Assembly: GCA_036339465.1 (NCBI GenBank)
Contig: JAYZAY010000042.1
Coordinates: 1-50,918 of the forward strand
Direction: 5' to 3'
Length of the DNA stretch: 50,918 bases
DNA from: Myxococcota bacterium
GTDB lineage: Bacteria > Myxococcota > XYA12-FULL-58-9 > JABJBS01
Position 1 is the first letter of the stretch; each line of letters begins with the position of its first letter. Of this stretch, positions 29,320-39,425 are shown piece by piece. The position numbers and the translations under genes were made by a program. A model generated the notes under the pieces. It was given only the letters and a program-made list of their open reading frames with translations. It made no database searches and had not been told where the DNA came from.

Positions 29320-30264
29320 ATGGCGAAAAGAACGTTCGAACCGGGGAGCTTAACGATGCGAAAAAAGATGGTGGATTTCGTTCATGGTCTCCAGGACGAG
29401 ATTTGTGCTGGCCTATCGGAACTTGATGATTCGAGTTTTCGCGAGGACAGTTGGGAGAGGCCCGGTGGGGGTGGTGGTCGAAGTCGAGTCATTCAGGATG
29501 GCTCGGTTTTTGAGAAGGCAGGGGTGAATGTTTCTGTGGTTCACGGGGAGTTATCAGATCGCGCGGTTGCGTCCATGGGGGGAGGGAAGGGTGCCGATGA
29601 TGAAGCCCGTGCATTTTTTGCCACTGGCATTAGTTTGGTGCTTCATCCGAGAAACCCCATGGCGCCAACGGTTCATGCCAATTACCGGTATTTCGAGAGG
29701 GGCGATGGTCAAACCGATGGGCATTGGTGGTTTGGGGGAGGTGCAGATCTCACGCCAGCCTATTTATTTGACGAAGATGCCGCTCATTTTCATCAAACCC
29801 TCAAAAGGGTCTGTGATGATTTCGATCTCAATTACTACCCCCGCTTCAAGAAGTGGTGCGACGACTATTTTTTCATCAAGCACCGTGGGGAGTCGAGGGG
29901 CGTGGGTGGTCTCTTTTTTGATGATCTTCATGACCGCCCTAAGGATGAGGTCTTTCAATTTGTGAGAGGATGTGGAGAGAGCTTTTTGAACTCGTATCTT
30001 CCAATTATTCAGCGTCGAAAGGATACTGCTTTCGACGAGGCACACCGTCATTGGCAACAAATCCGAAGGGGAAGGTACGTCGAGTTCAATTTGGTATACG
30101 ATAGGGGCACGACCTTTGGTCTCCAGACCGATGGTCGAATCGAGAGCATCCTCATGTCGCTGCCCCTCACTTCGCGTTGGGAATACTGCCACAGTCCGGC
30201 GGAGGGTTCAGAAGAGGCGCGTCTCGTCGAAGTTTTAAAGACTCCCCAATCCTGGGCGCGATAG
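29320..30264 (+). CDS. hemF: Oxygen-dependent coproporphyrinogen III oxidase
   Basis: [51 protein letters not shown]; start at 29320 or 29356. Confidence 0.97.
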   Translation: MAKRTFEPGSLTMRKKMVDFVHGLQDEICAGLSELDDSSFREDSWERPGGGGGRSRVIQDGSVFEKAGVNVSVVHGELSDRAVASMGGGKGADDEARAFFATGISLVLHPRNPMAPTVHANYRYFERGDGQTDGHWWFGGGADLTPAYLFDEDAAHFHQTLKRVCDDFDLNYYPRFKKWCDDYFFIKHRGESRGVGGLFFDDLHDRPKDEVFQFVRGCGESFLNSYLPIIQRRKDTAFDEAHRHWQQIRRGRYVEFNLVYDRGTTFGLQTDGRIESILMSLPLTSRWEYCHSPAEGSEEARLVEVLKTPQSWAR

Positions 30265-30271
30265 GCAGTAT

Positions 30272-31606
30272 ATGCTCGGCGTTTCAATCAAAGAGAGAGC
30301 CGACACCGCCTTCCTAAACCCGAATTTTAAGAGCTTATTGACACTGACATGGCCTCTGGCGGTGGTGCAGTTGAGTGTGCCCTTGGCCAACGTGGTTGAT
30401 ACTTTTTTTGCGGGCAAACTGGGTGAGTTGCATTTGGCGGCCATGGGACTCGGTGGCGCGCTTTTCCTTGCAGCAACCATTGTCCCCATGGGCATTGTTT
30501 TGGCCGTGGAACCCTTGGTGGCTCAATCCTATGGACGTCGTAAATTGGAAGATGGTCGGGCTTATATGATGGGCGGGGCCCTATTGGCGGGACTTTTATC
30601 GCTCCCCTTTGGGGTGGCTTATCTGGTGCTTACATTCGGGGCTGAATGGTTGGGGATTGACGCTGCCATGGCTCGTTTGGTTGAAAGTTACTCCCTGGGA
30701 AGGGTGTGGGCGATTACGCCGGCGCTACTGATGCTGCCTGCGAAGGCTTGGTTACAAGTTCATCGTTTTACCCGGCCAATATTGTTGAGTGCGTTTATTG
30801 CCAATGTTGCCAATGCCCTCCTAGATTGGCTTGCCGTTTATGGGGCTTTGCAGTGGGGAATCGATGGCCTTTTTTGGATCGGGCTGGCGAGTGTGGGTGC
30901 GGCGGGGCTTCAGTGTGTGGGGATGCTGTTTCCGCTTTGGGGGCAACGTCTTCAATTTCGAAGGGTCCGTGCTCGGTGGCGTGAAGTGTTGGATATTGGA
31001 TGGCCCCTGGGATTTCAGCTGATGGCGGAAGTGGGAATTTTTGCGCTGGTTCAATTTATGATGGGTTTATTAGGCGCAAGGTATGCGGCAGCCCACCAAA
31101 TTGCTTTGGCTTATGCCAGTTTAAGTTTTTCTGTGTGTCTTGGTTTGGGCACGGCGACGAGTGTTTGGGTGGGTAAAGCGGCTGGGTATGGGGATTTGAT
31201 TTTGGCCCGAGCTTGGGGGCGAAAGGCCATGGGGCTGGGGATTACTTTTATGACCGGGATGGGATTTGTCTTTTGGGTGGGTGCGCCAGCGTTGACGGGC
31301 TTGATGAGTAAGGAGGAAGGGGTGGTTCAGATTTCTGGAGAGCTGCTCAAAATTGCAGCTTTATTTCAGATAGTCGATGGAATTCAAGCCATTGGTTCCG
31401 GGGCTCTTCGGGGGCTATCTCGAACGAGAGTGGCCTTTTTGGCCAATTTTGTTGGGCACTGGTTGATTGGTTTACCCGTGGCGCTGGGCCTGGCCTATGG
31501 CATGAATCTGGGGGCGGCTGGTTTGTGGTGGGGCTTGACTGCTGGCTTGAGTGTGGTGGCGATCGGACTAAGTGTGGCGTTTTTTTGGGGGGCATCTTCC
31601 CCATAG
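30272..31606 (+). CDS. MATE family efflux transporter
   Basis: About 12 TM segments; [35 protein letters not shown]. Confidence 0.93.
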   Translation: MLGVSIKERADTAFLNPNFKSLLTLTWPLAVVQLSVPLANVVDTFFAGKLGELHLAAMGLGGALFLAATIVPMGIVLAVEPLVAQSYGRRKLEDGRAYMMGGALLAGLLSLPFGVAYLVLTFGAEWLGIDAAMARLVESYSLGRVWAITPALLMLPAKAWLQVHRFTRPILLSAFIANVANALLDWLAVYGALQWGIDGLFWIGLASVGAAGLQCVGMLFPLWGQRLQFRRVRARWREVLDIGWPLGFQLMAEVGIFALVQFMMGLLGARYAAAHQIALAYASLSFSVCLGLGTATSVWVGKAAGYGDLILARAWGRKAMGLGITFMTGMGFVFWVGAPALTGLMSKEEGVVQISGELLKIAALFQIVDGIQAIGSGALRGLSRTRVAFLANFVGHWLIGLPVALGLAYGMNLGAAGLWWGLTAGLSVVAIGLSVAFFWGASSP

Positions 31607-31685
31607 AATGGTTTGTCTTCGGGGTTTCCTGGCATATAAGGCTTGTGGCGCAAGGGCTTTGCTCACCGTTTCACAAGGAGGGGAG

Positions 31686-32480
31686 ATGAAGCAGTATTTG
31701 GATTTTCTTCGTCACGTTTATGAAAATGGCGTGGACCGTGATGACCGCACGGGAACGGGTACTCGAAGCGTGTTTGGTTATCAGATGCGGTTCGATCTGG
31801 AGGCGGGTTTCCCTGCTGTAACCACCAAGAAACTTCATTTTAAGTCCATTCTTTTTGAGTTGCTTTGGTTTTTGAAAGGGGACACGAATGTCAAATATCT
31901 CAATGACCATGGGGTGAGTATTTGGGATGAATGGGCCGATGAGGAAGGCAATTTGGGACCTGTCTATGGGGCTCAATGGAGATCATGGCCTGGCGCAGAT
32001 GGTGAGCTTTATGACCAAATCCATGCGGTGATTCACGCTCTAAAAAGCGACCCGAATTCGAGACGCCACATTGTTAGTGCGTGGAATGTGTCTGAATTAA
32101 ATCGAATGGCATTGCACCCTTGCCACGTTCTCTTTCAGTTTTATGTGGCCAATGGCAAGCTCTCTTGTCAATTGTATCAAAGGAGTGCCGATATTTTTCT
32201 AGGCGTCCCCTTCAACATCGCTTCGTATGCGCTTTTAACGGAAATGATTGCCCAGGTTTGTGATTTAGGGGTGGGTGACTTTGTTCACACCTTTGGCGAT
32301 GCTCATCTCTACAAGAACCATTTTGAGCAAACAGAAAAACAGCTGGAACGTGCACCCTATGGTTTGGCCAAATTATCTTTGAATCCAGAGATTAAAGAGC
32401 TCGATGCTTTTTGTTTTGAGGATATCAAGATCGAAGGCTATGAATCCCACCGAGGGATTAAGGCGCCGATTGCGGTATGA
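31686..32480 (+). CDS. thyA: Thymidylate synthase
   Basis: MKQYL start after [47 protein letters not shown]. Confidence 0.98.
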   Translation: MKQYLDFLRHVYENGVDRDDRTGTGTRSVFGYQMRFDLEAGFPAVTTKKLHFKSILFELLWFLKGDTNVKYLNDHGVSIWDEWADEEGNLGPVYGAQWRSWPGADGELYDQIHAVIHALKSDPNSRRHIVSAWNVSELNRMALHPCHVLFQFYVANGKLSCQLYQRSADIFLGVPFNIASYALLTEMIAQVCDLGVGDFVHTFGDAHLYKNHFEQTEKQLERAPYGLAKLSLNPEIKELDAFCFEDIKIEGYESHRGIKAPIAV

Positions 32481-32962
32481 AGAAGTCCATTATTGTAGCC
32501 ATGGATAACAATCGAGTGATTGGCAAGAACAATACGTTGCCTTGGCATTTGCCCGCAGATTTGGCTTATTTTAAGAGAATCACCATGGGCAAACCCATAA
32601 TCATGGGGCGAAAAACCTATGAGTCAATTGGACGACCCCTGCCAGGCCGTAAGAATGTGGTTTTGACTCAGAATCCTACTTATCAATGTGCAGGCTGTAT
32701 CGTCGTTGATAGCTTAGATGCTGCTTGGGAAGTGGTGGATGGTTCGGATGAAGTGATGGTGATCGGTGGGGCCACGCTTTTCGAGCGCGCATTGGAAGAC
32801 GTCTCGGAACTCTATATTACGCATGTAGACACTCAGGTCGACGGGGATACGTTTTTTCCCGACTGGGATGATGGGGGGTTTGAGTTGGTTTCCAAAGAGA
32901 AACGATTGGCAGATTCTGAGAATCCTTTTGATCTCTCGTTTTGCCTTTACCGGGCGAAGTAA
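32477..32962 (+). CDS. folA: Dihydrofolate reductase
   Basis: [48 protein letters not shown] overlap with thyA. Confidence 0.97.
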   Translation: MKKSIIVAMDNNRVIGKNNTLPWHLPADLAYFKRITMGKPIIMGRKTYESIGRPLPGRKNVVLTQNPTYQCAGCIVVDSLDAAWEVVDGSDEVMVIGGATLFERALEDVSELYITHVDTQVDGDTFFPDWDDGGFELVSKEKRLADSENPFDLSFCLYRAK

Positions 32963-32963
32963 T

Positions 32964-33866
32964 ATGGCTGTGAGATCCTTAGGGCTTCATATTGTCTCTC
33001 GGAATCGTTGGCTTGTATTTTTCGGAGTCTTCGGTCTTTGCGGCGCCATGGCGGTTTTTTGGGAGGGCACCATCGAACAAGAGGCTCGGTGGGTTGGACC
33101 GACGACCCTTGAGGATTGGCCGGCTGAAATTTTTTATTTAGATGGTCGAGATATTGTTCGCCGGGGATCACCGACGGTGTTTGCGATTCGATTGCCCCAT
33201 GGCTCACTTCTTAGCCCCCACCATTTTGAGGCAGAAAAGTTTGAAGAGCCGTTGTCCATTGAGGAATGGGGCAACCATGTGTCAGCCCCCTTACTTATTA
33301 ATGCCGGACAATATGATGAACAGTTTCGCCACCTGGGCCGTCTTTTGGCCTCGGGGAAAAAGATCCCCTCATTGGCGAGAAATTTCTGGTTTGGTTGGCT
33401 AGCCAGTGGTCCCCTGGAGCCTTCAACGCGAAGTAGAATTGTGGACCTCGAAAAGGAGGCAAAAGAGGTATTGGATGGTTATGGGAATTTGGTTCAATCC
33501 ATGATGCTTTTTGATGAGCAGGGTCGGGTGAGGGTTCGTCCGTCCAAGAAGGTGGCATCTCGCTTGGTGGTGGCTGAGGATTCTGGGGGGCGATTGGTTG
33601 TCATTCATGTGCAGGGAGCGGTGACCTTAACAGACCTGGCTCGCTGGTTGATGGTTTCCAAATTGAATTTACGACGTGGAATGAATCTTGATGGTGGGGC
33701 TGAAGCCCAGCTGCTTTTGAAAACGCGCTCCATGGAGCTGCGACTTCAGGGAAAGTATGGGACACGTACACCCTTGATTGCAAGTACCCCCACCATTGTT
33801 GCTCCGAGTCTGCCCGCCATCATTTCGGTATCCGGTGGAGGCCCGGTTACAATGGAGGCCCAATAA
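32964..33866 (+). CDS. Phosphodiester glycosidase (NAGPA/DUF2233) family protein, membrane anchored
   Basis: N-terminal TM; INAGQY, ASRLVVA, MNLDGGAE; ATG 1 nt after the folA stop. Confidence 0.75.
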   Translation: MAVRSLGLHIVSRNRWLVFFGVFGLCGAMAVFWEGTIEQEARWVGPTTLEDWPAEIFYLDGRDIVRRGSPTVFAIRLPHGSLLSPHHFEAEKFEEPLSIEEWGNHVSAPLLINAGQYDEQFRHLGRLLASGKKIPSLARNFWFGWLASGPLEPSTRSRIVDLEKEAKEVLDGYGNLVQSMMLFDEQGRVRVRPSKKVASRLVVAEDSGGRLVVIHVQGAVTLTDLARWLMVSKLNLRRGMNLDGGAEAQLLLKTRSMELRLQGKYGTRTPLIASTPTIVAPSLPAIISVSGGGPVTMEAQ

Positions 33867-33879
33867 TCTCAGTGTGAAA

Positions 33880-34470
33880 CTACGTTTTCAAAAAGGAAGC
33901 GAGTTGTCTCAATGCCTTGCCGCGATGGCTTATGTTATTTTTTTCTGTGGAAGTGAGTTCAGCCGATGTCCGGGTATCTCCCTCAACGAGGAAAAGCGGA
34001 TCATACCCGAAACCGCCGTTACCACGTTCTTCGAACCCAATGGCTCCTTCGAATTGTCCAGAAAACGTAACCGGTGGTTGAGAGCTTCGACAAAGAGCGA
34101 TGGCACAAACGAAGCGCGCCGTTCGTTTGTGGGCGGGAATGTTCTTGAGGGCTTCCAGGAGCTTTTGATTGTTGGCAGAATCTTGGTTTGGTCCGGGTGT
34201 GTTTGCGTATCTCGCTGAATAGATACCCGGCGCGCCACCGAGGGCATCGACGACCAAACCGGAGTCATCGGCGATGACCCAATCGCCAGTCAGGCCGGTA
34301 ATCGTTTCGGCCTTGATGATGGCGTTGGCTTCAAAGGTTTGGCCGGTTTCCTGGATGTCGAGGTTCCCCAAGTCTTCAAGCCCGACTATTTCAAAACCCA
34401 AGGGTTCTAGAATCGCTTTGAACTCCTTGAGTTTGCCTTGATTTTGGGTGGCTATCCGAAGTGGTCGCAT
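33880..34470 (-). CDS. rdgB: Non-canonical purine NTP pyrophosphatase (HAM1 family)
   Basis: ATQNQGK, ETGQTFEANA, ADDSGL, PGIYSARY, GFGYDP, KNNISHRG. Confidence 0.96.
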   Translation of the reverse strand: MRPLRIATQNQGKLKEFKAILEPLGFEIVGLEDLGNLDIQETGQTFEANAIIKAETITGLTGDWVIADDSGLVVDALGGAPGIYSARYANTPGPNQDSANNQKLLEALKNIPAHKRTARFVCAIALCRSSQPPVTFSGQFEGAIGFEERGNGGFGYDPLFLVEGDTRTSAELTSTEKNNISHRGKALRQLASFLKT

Positions 34471-34482
34471 ATTGATTCTCGT

Positions 34483-35232
34483 TTAGGCTCTTGGAAGTTC
34501 AACGAATTTCACGTCAGTATCCCTAGGGAGGTCGATGGCCAATTTTTGGATTTCCACCAGTTGGGGGAGACAGTCAAAGGAAAGGTCTAGAAGAGTATTG
34601 AGTTCGTCGCGCGTGAAGGTTGCGTTTTCTCCCGTTCCCTGAACTTCTGTGAGCCGGCCGCCGCCAGTCATAATGACGTTCATGTCGACATCTGCTTCAG
34701 AATCTAAAATATAGTCGAGGTCGAGGTAAGGTTTGCCCCCTACGATGCCTGCTGAAATTGCTGCGACGTGGTCGATGATTGGGTCTTGCTCTAATTTCCC
34801 TTCGACCTGGAGCTGCCTAATTGCGAGGGCCAGAGCTACGAAGCCGCCGGTAATGGAGGCGGTGCGCGTTCCCCCATCGGCTTGAATCACATCACAATCG
34901 ACGGTGATCATTCTTTCTCCGAGTTTTTTCATATTGATTGCGGAGCGCAGGGACCGTCCGATGAGTCGGCTAATTTCCTGAGTTCGTCCATTGATTTTAC
35001 CTCGGTAGGAATCTCTATTCCGCCGACTTCCGGTTGCCCTAGGGAGCATATCGTACTCCGCAGTAACCCAGCCCTTGCCGGTCTTAGACATCCATTTTGG
35101 CACTTTTTCGTCGATGGACGCGGTACAGATGACTCTGGTTTTGCCACATTCAATGAGGGCAGAGCCTTCTGGGTGGTCTAGGTAGTGAGGATAGATCTTG
35201 ATATCGCGGACTTGGTTGTATTCTCTTTTCAT
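34483..35232 (-). CDS. rph: Ribonuclease PH
   Basis: GWVTAEY, GRTQEISRLIGRSLR, DCDVIQADGGTRTASITG, VDMNV, EVQGTGE. Confidence 0.97.
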   Translation of the reverse strand: MKREYNQVRDIKIYPHYLDHPEGSALIECGKTRVICTASIDEKVPKWMSKTGKGWVTAEYDMLPRATGSRRNRDSYRGKINGRTQEISRLIGRSLRSAINMKKLGERMITVDCDVIQADGGTRTASITGGFVALALAIRQLQVEGKLEQDPIIDHVAAISAGIVGGKPYLDLDYILDSEADVDMNVIMTGGGRLTEVQGTGENATFTRDELNTLLDLSFDCLPQLVEIQKLAIDLPRDTDVKFVELPRA

Positions 35233-35355
35233 GGCGGTCTTTTTGATGAGCGACTCGGCGTTGTCAAGCAGCATACACCAGTAATTTTTCTCTCTTGCCT
35301 GGAGAATGAATCAAAGGGCCATTTTGGGGATGAGTTTGGGTGATTATCGGTGATT

Positions 35356-36099
35356 CTATTTATGGCTCAGCTGGGTTGGGGTGAGGATTGTTTCTGAAAA
35401 ATAGCTGAAAATTGCGGCGACGACACTGGTGGCGGTTTGCATCTGATATTCAGGGTCTAGGAGGTCATGACAATCCTTTTCATTGGACATGAATCCAAGC
35501 TCCAGGAGAATTGCAGGCATTTGGCTTCCCCGTAGGACTTTGAATGGAGCTTCATAAACACCTCTATTTCTCTTTTTCAGTTTGGTGCTTAGGAAACGCT
35601 GCATGGTGTGCGCGACTCGGCGACTTTTGGAGCGTTTTTCTTGAGCATTGAGCGTGTTGATTAAGGCACTAACCGTATTATTGGTTGGAAAATGCTTTTT
35701 GGGCCTTCGGTTTTCCCGGACCAAGAGTTGGGCGATACGTTCTGAGCTGGGCTGACTTCCTGCGATGAAGGTTTCGAATCCATGGACGGTTGGTAATGCG
35801 GCTGAGTTGGCATGGATTGACACGAAGAGGTCGGCCCCCAAGGAATTGGCGAGATTGTATCGTTTGCCAAGTGGTATATCCACATCCGTTGTCCTTGTGA
35901 GGTGGGTTTGAATCAATCCTTTTTGTTTGATAAGTTTCTCTATTTTAAGAGTGATGGCCAAGGTGACTTGTTTTTCATAAACACCGCAAATGCCACTCGC
36001 GCCATGTTCAGCACCACCGTGACCAGGATCTAATACGACAATTGGGGTTTGATTTGAGGTAGAGAGTGCCAGCAATAGCATAGGGTAGAGAAGGCTCAT
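35356..36099 (-). CDS. N-acetylmuramoyl-L-alanine amidase (Amidase_3)
   Basis: VVLDPGHGG, EK, ADLFVSIHAN, MPAILLELGF; short signal peptide, no AMIN domain. Confidence 0.93.
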   Translation of the reverse strand: MSLLYPMLLLALSTSNQTPIVVLDPGHGGAEHGASGICGVYEKQVTLAITLKIEKLIKQKGLIQTHLTRTTDVDIPLGKRYNLANSLGADLFVSIHANSAALPTVHGFETFIAGSQPSSERIAQLLVRENRRPKKHFPTNNTVSALINTLNAQEKRSKSRRVAHTMQRFLSTKLKKRNRGVYEAPFKVLRGSQMPAILLELGFMSNEKDCHDLLDPEYQMQTATSVVAAIFSYFSETILTPTQLSHK

Positions 36100-36189
36100 G
36101 ACCGGGCTACAATGCCCTAAGGTCCGATATTCACCAAATTATTTTTCTCTTCCGTGTGAAAGGGAAATCCCCACAAGACGTACCCCTCA

Positions 36190-38274
36190 TTAGAGGCTTC
36201 GGAATACAGTGATCAAAACTGCCAGATTGTGGGTCAGCCAGCTTGGTAAGAGATGGCGGCTTTTTGTAAAGAGCCATGCGTAAGCACTTCCTTGAAAAAT
36301 CACGCCGATGGCAAATGTTGGGAGTACGGTGCTGAGCTGAAAGCCAGAAGTCCAGACCGAATAAAACGTGAGTTGGTAGAGGCCATATAAAACGCCTACC
36401 GCCAAAATTCTCCATCGTTGGTCATCGACAAGTTGGTTGATCACTTGGCTGCCAAAAACGACCAGGAATAGATGTTCGGCCGTGGTCCGAAGGATGATGA
36501 GTGGAATCCATAAGCTCAGGGCTCCCTCAATGGGTTGTGTCATTAACTGGTTGCCCAAGATAGCCCCATAGAGAATACCGGCTGCGACGTAGACGAGTGG
36601 AGGGCGGCCGCCGAATTGGAGTTTTGCGGTCCATACTAAGTCTGGTTTCAACGTGTAGTTTCGGAACCCAATGTAGGCACAAAAAGCCAGCAATAGAGTC
36701 CTAAACCAGAAAAATCCTGGCGTAGAGGAGATAAAATCTTCGTTTTGGCCACCCCGAAAAAGAACGCCCACAGCGAACAAAGAGATCAAAACCGCGGTGA
36801 TTAAAAATGGTGCTTCCTCAATTTTTCTTAAGCTATTTTCTTGAACAAGGCTGTGTTTCTTTTGCGCATCAATAATTAAGAGCACCTCTTGGCGTTTCGC
36901 TGGGTTATCGGAGGTGAGCCTGAGTGCTTGTGACCGGTGAAATTTAAATTTACCTCGGCCCGATTGTTGTCGGAAGAGGTGCGCGAGTACTGCGTGGACA
37001 ATGGGGCTGTAGGGGTCTTTCTCTAGGGCCCTAATGGCGGTTTGCTGCGCGGTTGGTTTTTGACTGGGATTTTGTAGATCAAGACAATATGCTTGGTATG
37101 CTAGGGATTCGCCAAGCAAGATTCCTTCAATGGCGAGTTCTGCAAAACTTTCGTGAGCGACTTTTAGGTCTCCTCTTTGAAGAGCTGTTTTGGCCATTAG
37201 GATTTTTCGGTCGGAATGGTCGTTGGTGGTTTCTTGTTTAAGGGCCGTCTTGGTTTGGGTGAGATAGTTTTGAGCTATTTGGTGGAAAAATTTCCCATTA
37301 AGTAGACCTGGTTTGACCAATCCCAAAATGGAGAGGGCCAGGCATGCTTCGATAATATTGTCGACGGTTGCAGCAGAGAACTCTGCTTCGAGAATGCCAG
37401 AGGTGATGTTCTCGATGTTTTGCAGGACATATTTTTCGGATTCGGAAAATATAAGCGAGCTAGAATATGCGTCCAGGTAAGTGCATGTTTCAAATGTCTC
37501 GTCTCCCAGTGCCTTAAGGAATGGTAGCGCATTCTTTGTTAGTAAGGTGGGTTGGAGCCATTGCTGGGTGATCATCCTTGCCAATTCCAGGGAGTTGATA
37601 TCACCGGCAGGGAAGATAGAAGCAGCGCTTGGGCTGTCGACGAAAATTGTTTCAACCTCCTCTAGACGAATGGCTTTCGCGAGAACGATTCTGGTGTGAA
37701 GTGTTAGTTCTTCGAGGAGCTTATCGAGGCTGAATATTCCGTATTTGAGAAGGACGTATGCCAAACTTTGGGCGCTATCTTTTGAGTGGGCCAGCACTTT
37801 TTCGAGTTCATGGGTGTCGAGCCGGTGAGATAAAGTATTTAGGAATGTTTCATGGTGATGGGAGGATACCACTTGTGTGGGAATGCCGGCGGAAATCGAA
37901 ATGATGCGTTTGGTACCAGCGGAATGAATGAAAAGATATCCAACCCTACGTTCCTTGGCGAGCTCGACTAGTGATCGACCCAAGCCAAGCTCTTGTTTGA
38001 CCAAATCTTGGTCGGCAGGCCATTGGGAATTGAGCATTTTTTGGAGAGTCCGCTGATCTCGCATTTGAGTTACGATCCAATGAGCTTTGACAAGCTCTGG
38101 ATGTTCACCCAAAGTTGCGTGGTCCCCGTAGGTGGGGTCATTGATGGGGCTACTTAAACTAAGTTCACCCTCTTGGACTTGCGCAAGAATTGAAGCAAGA
38201 AATTCTGGTGAATACTCTTTTTCTTGGCTTACCTGCATGCTTAGTGTCGTATCGTGTCTTGGGGCGAAGCTCAA
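36190..38274 (-). CDS. Multidomain membrane protein: DUF4388-like region, TPR, CPBP (CAAX protease)-like TM domain
   Basis: VELAKERRVGYLFI...ISAGIP (DUF4388-like); TPR-like ALEKDPYSPIVHAVLA; C-terminal TMs with AEHLF and HLLPSWLTHN; start may be 38238. Confidence 0.7.
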   Translation of the reverse strand: MSFAPRHDTTLSMQVSQEKEYSPEFLASILAQVQEGELSLSSPINDPTYGDHATLGEHPELVKAHWIVTQMRDQRTLQKMLNSQWPADQDLVKQELGLGRSLVELAKERRVGYLFIHSAGTKRIISISAGIPTQVVSSHHHETFLNTLSHRLDTHELEKVLAHSKDSAQSLAYVLLKYGIFSLDKLLEELTLHTRIVLAKAIRLEEVETIFVDSPSAASIFPAGDINSLELARMITQQWLQPTLLTKNALPFLKALGDETFETCTYLDAYSSSLIFSESEKYVLQNIENITSGILEAEFSAATVDNIIEACLALSILGLVKPGLLNGKFFHQIAQNYLTQTKTALKQETTNDHSDRKILMAKTALQRGDLKVAHESFAELAIEGILLGESLAYQAYCLDLQNPSQKPTAQQTAIRALEKDPYSPIVHAVLAHLFRQQSGRGKFKFHRSQALRLTSDNPAKRQEVLLIIDAQKKHSLVQENSLRKIEEAPFLITAVLISLFAVGVLFRGGQNEDFISSTPGFFWFRTLLLAFCAYIGFRNYTLKPDLVWTAKLQFGGRPPLVYVAAGILYGAILGNQLMTQPIEGALSLWIPLIILRTTAEHLFLVVFGSQVINQLVDDQRWRILAVGVLYGLYQLTFYSVWTSGFQLSTVLPTFAIGVIFQGSAYAWLFTKSRHLLPSWLTHNLAVLITVFRSL

Positions 38275-38349
38275 AATTTCTCCCGACCAAGTGTGGGTAC
38301 TACCGAATAAATACTATCTAAATCTCATAAAACTGTTTATTCTAGGGCT

Positions 38350-39054
38350 ATGAGCGTTCGAGTCGGCGACGGCATATCAACCCAACTGAACCTATTTAGC
38401 CAAGAGCCGCAGACTTCTTCAAAAGCATCCCAAACACCCGAAATAGGGAGTCAGGTCAAAGCGGCTCTATTCGGTAAGCCCAAACCAACGATTCTGGATC
38501 CAGCAAAGTTTCCCCAATTGGCGGCCCAGCTCCGGCTACTTAGGCGCTATAAAGGGAAGTTGGCGGCCATGGGCGGGGATCAAGAGGAAGATTACGATAT
38601 CTGTCTCGCCGAGGGCGGTATTGCGATGATCGATGAGTCGGGAATGATCTACGTTGGAGCAGGTTTCTTGGAGGCATATAAGATGCACCCTGAACTTTTG
38701 GTGGGGGTATTGGCCCATGAAATTGGTCATCGTCCCAAGCGTTGGGATGAATATAAGACCGAGAGAGAGTTGACCCGGGAAGAACTTGAAGAACTGTGTC
38801 GTCACGAGGAAACGAGAGCTGATATTTTTGCGGGCAAGGCTTTGGCAGAGATGGATATGGAATGTGAACCGCTCTGTGAATTCCTCCTAGAGGTTGGGGG
38901 GCAACCGCACCCCGAGTATTTTCCGGCCGAGGTTAGAGCCTCGGTTGTTCGGGATGCTCACGAGGGACGAGCTTATCGAAGTGAGAATAGGAAGAAACTT
39001 TTTCCTGAATATGACCGTATGAATGCCCCCAAGGGACACCTGGGAGAGTATTGA
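38350..39054 (+). CDS. Soluble zinc metallopeptidase-like protein (M48-like)
   Basis: IYVGAGFL, GVLAHEIGH, EETRAD and HP motifs in M48 order. Confidence 0.75.
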   Translation: MSVRVGDGISTQLNLFSQEPQTSSKASQTPEIGSQVKAALFGKPKPTILDPAKFPQLAAQLRLLRRYKGKLAAMGGDQEEDYDICLAEGGIAMIDESGMIYVGAGFLEAYKMHPELLVGVLAHEIGHRPKRWDEYKTERELTREELEELCRHEETRADIFAGKALAEMDMECEPLCEFLLEVGGQPHPEYFPAEVRASVVRDAHEGRAYRSENRKKLFPEYDRMNAPKGHLGEY

Positions 39055-39106
39055 TTGCTCTTTTCCAAGGTCGAATTATTTTCACATAGCCTGTGGGTTG
39101 CACGGT

Positions 39107-39135
39107 GTAGAGGTAAGTTGTCAACCTACCTCTAC
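39107..39135. promoter_or_regulatory. Near-perfect 29-bp inverted repeat
   Basis: GTAGAGGTAAGTTG-T-CAACCTACCTCTAC, 14-bp arms with one mismatch. Confidence 0.6.
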
Positions 39136-39425
39136 TTGGCTAAATCGATAATATTACTGGAAACGACGTAGCCCAATCCCATAGAGTTATAGTGGAGTGA
39201 GAAGTGAGAGGTTACAAACGCGAGGTTGTTGACCAGAGATGATGAACCGCGTAACTGGTCTGCAGTGGGTGCTTGGACTTTAAGGATGATGGATACCAAT
39301 AGATGCGCATTTTGCCCCTCTGAGGTCTGCGGGTAGTGAAATGAGATTCTGCAGGGTGAGACGGCATGGTGACCGATGGGTGTTTGGTTTGTTGGATGAT
39401 TCGAAGATGAATGGAGGATATTTAA

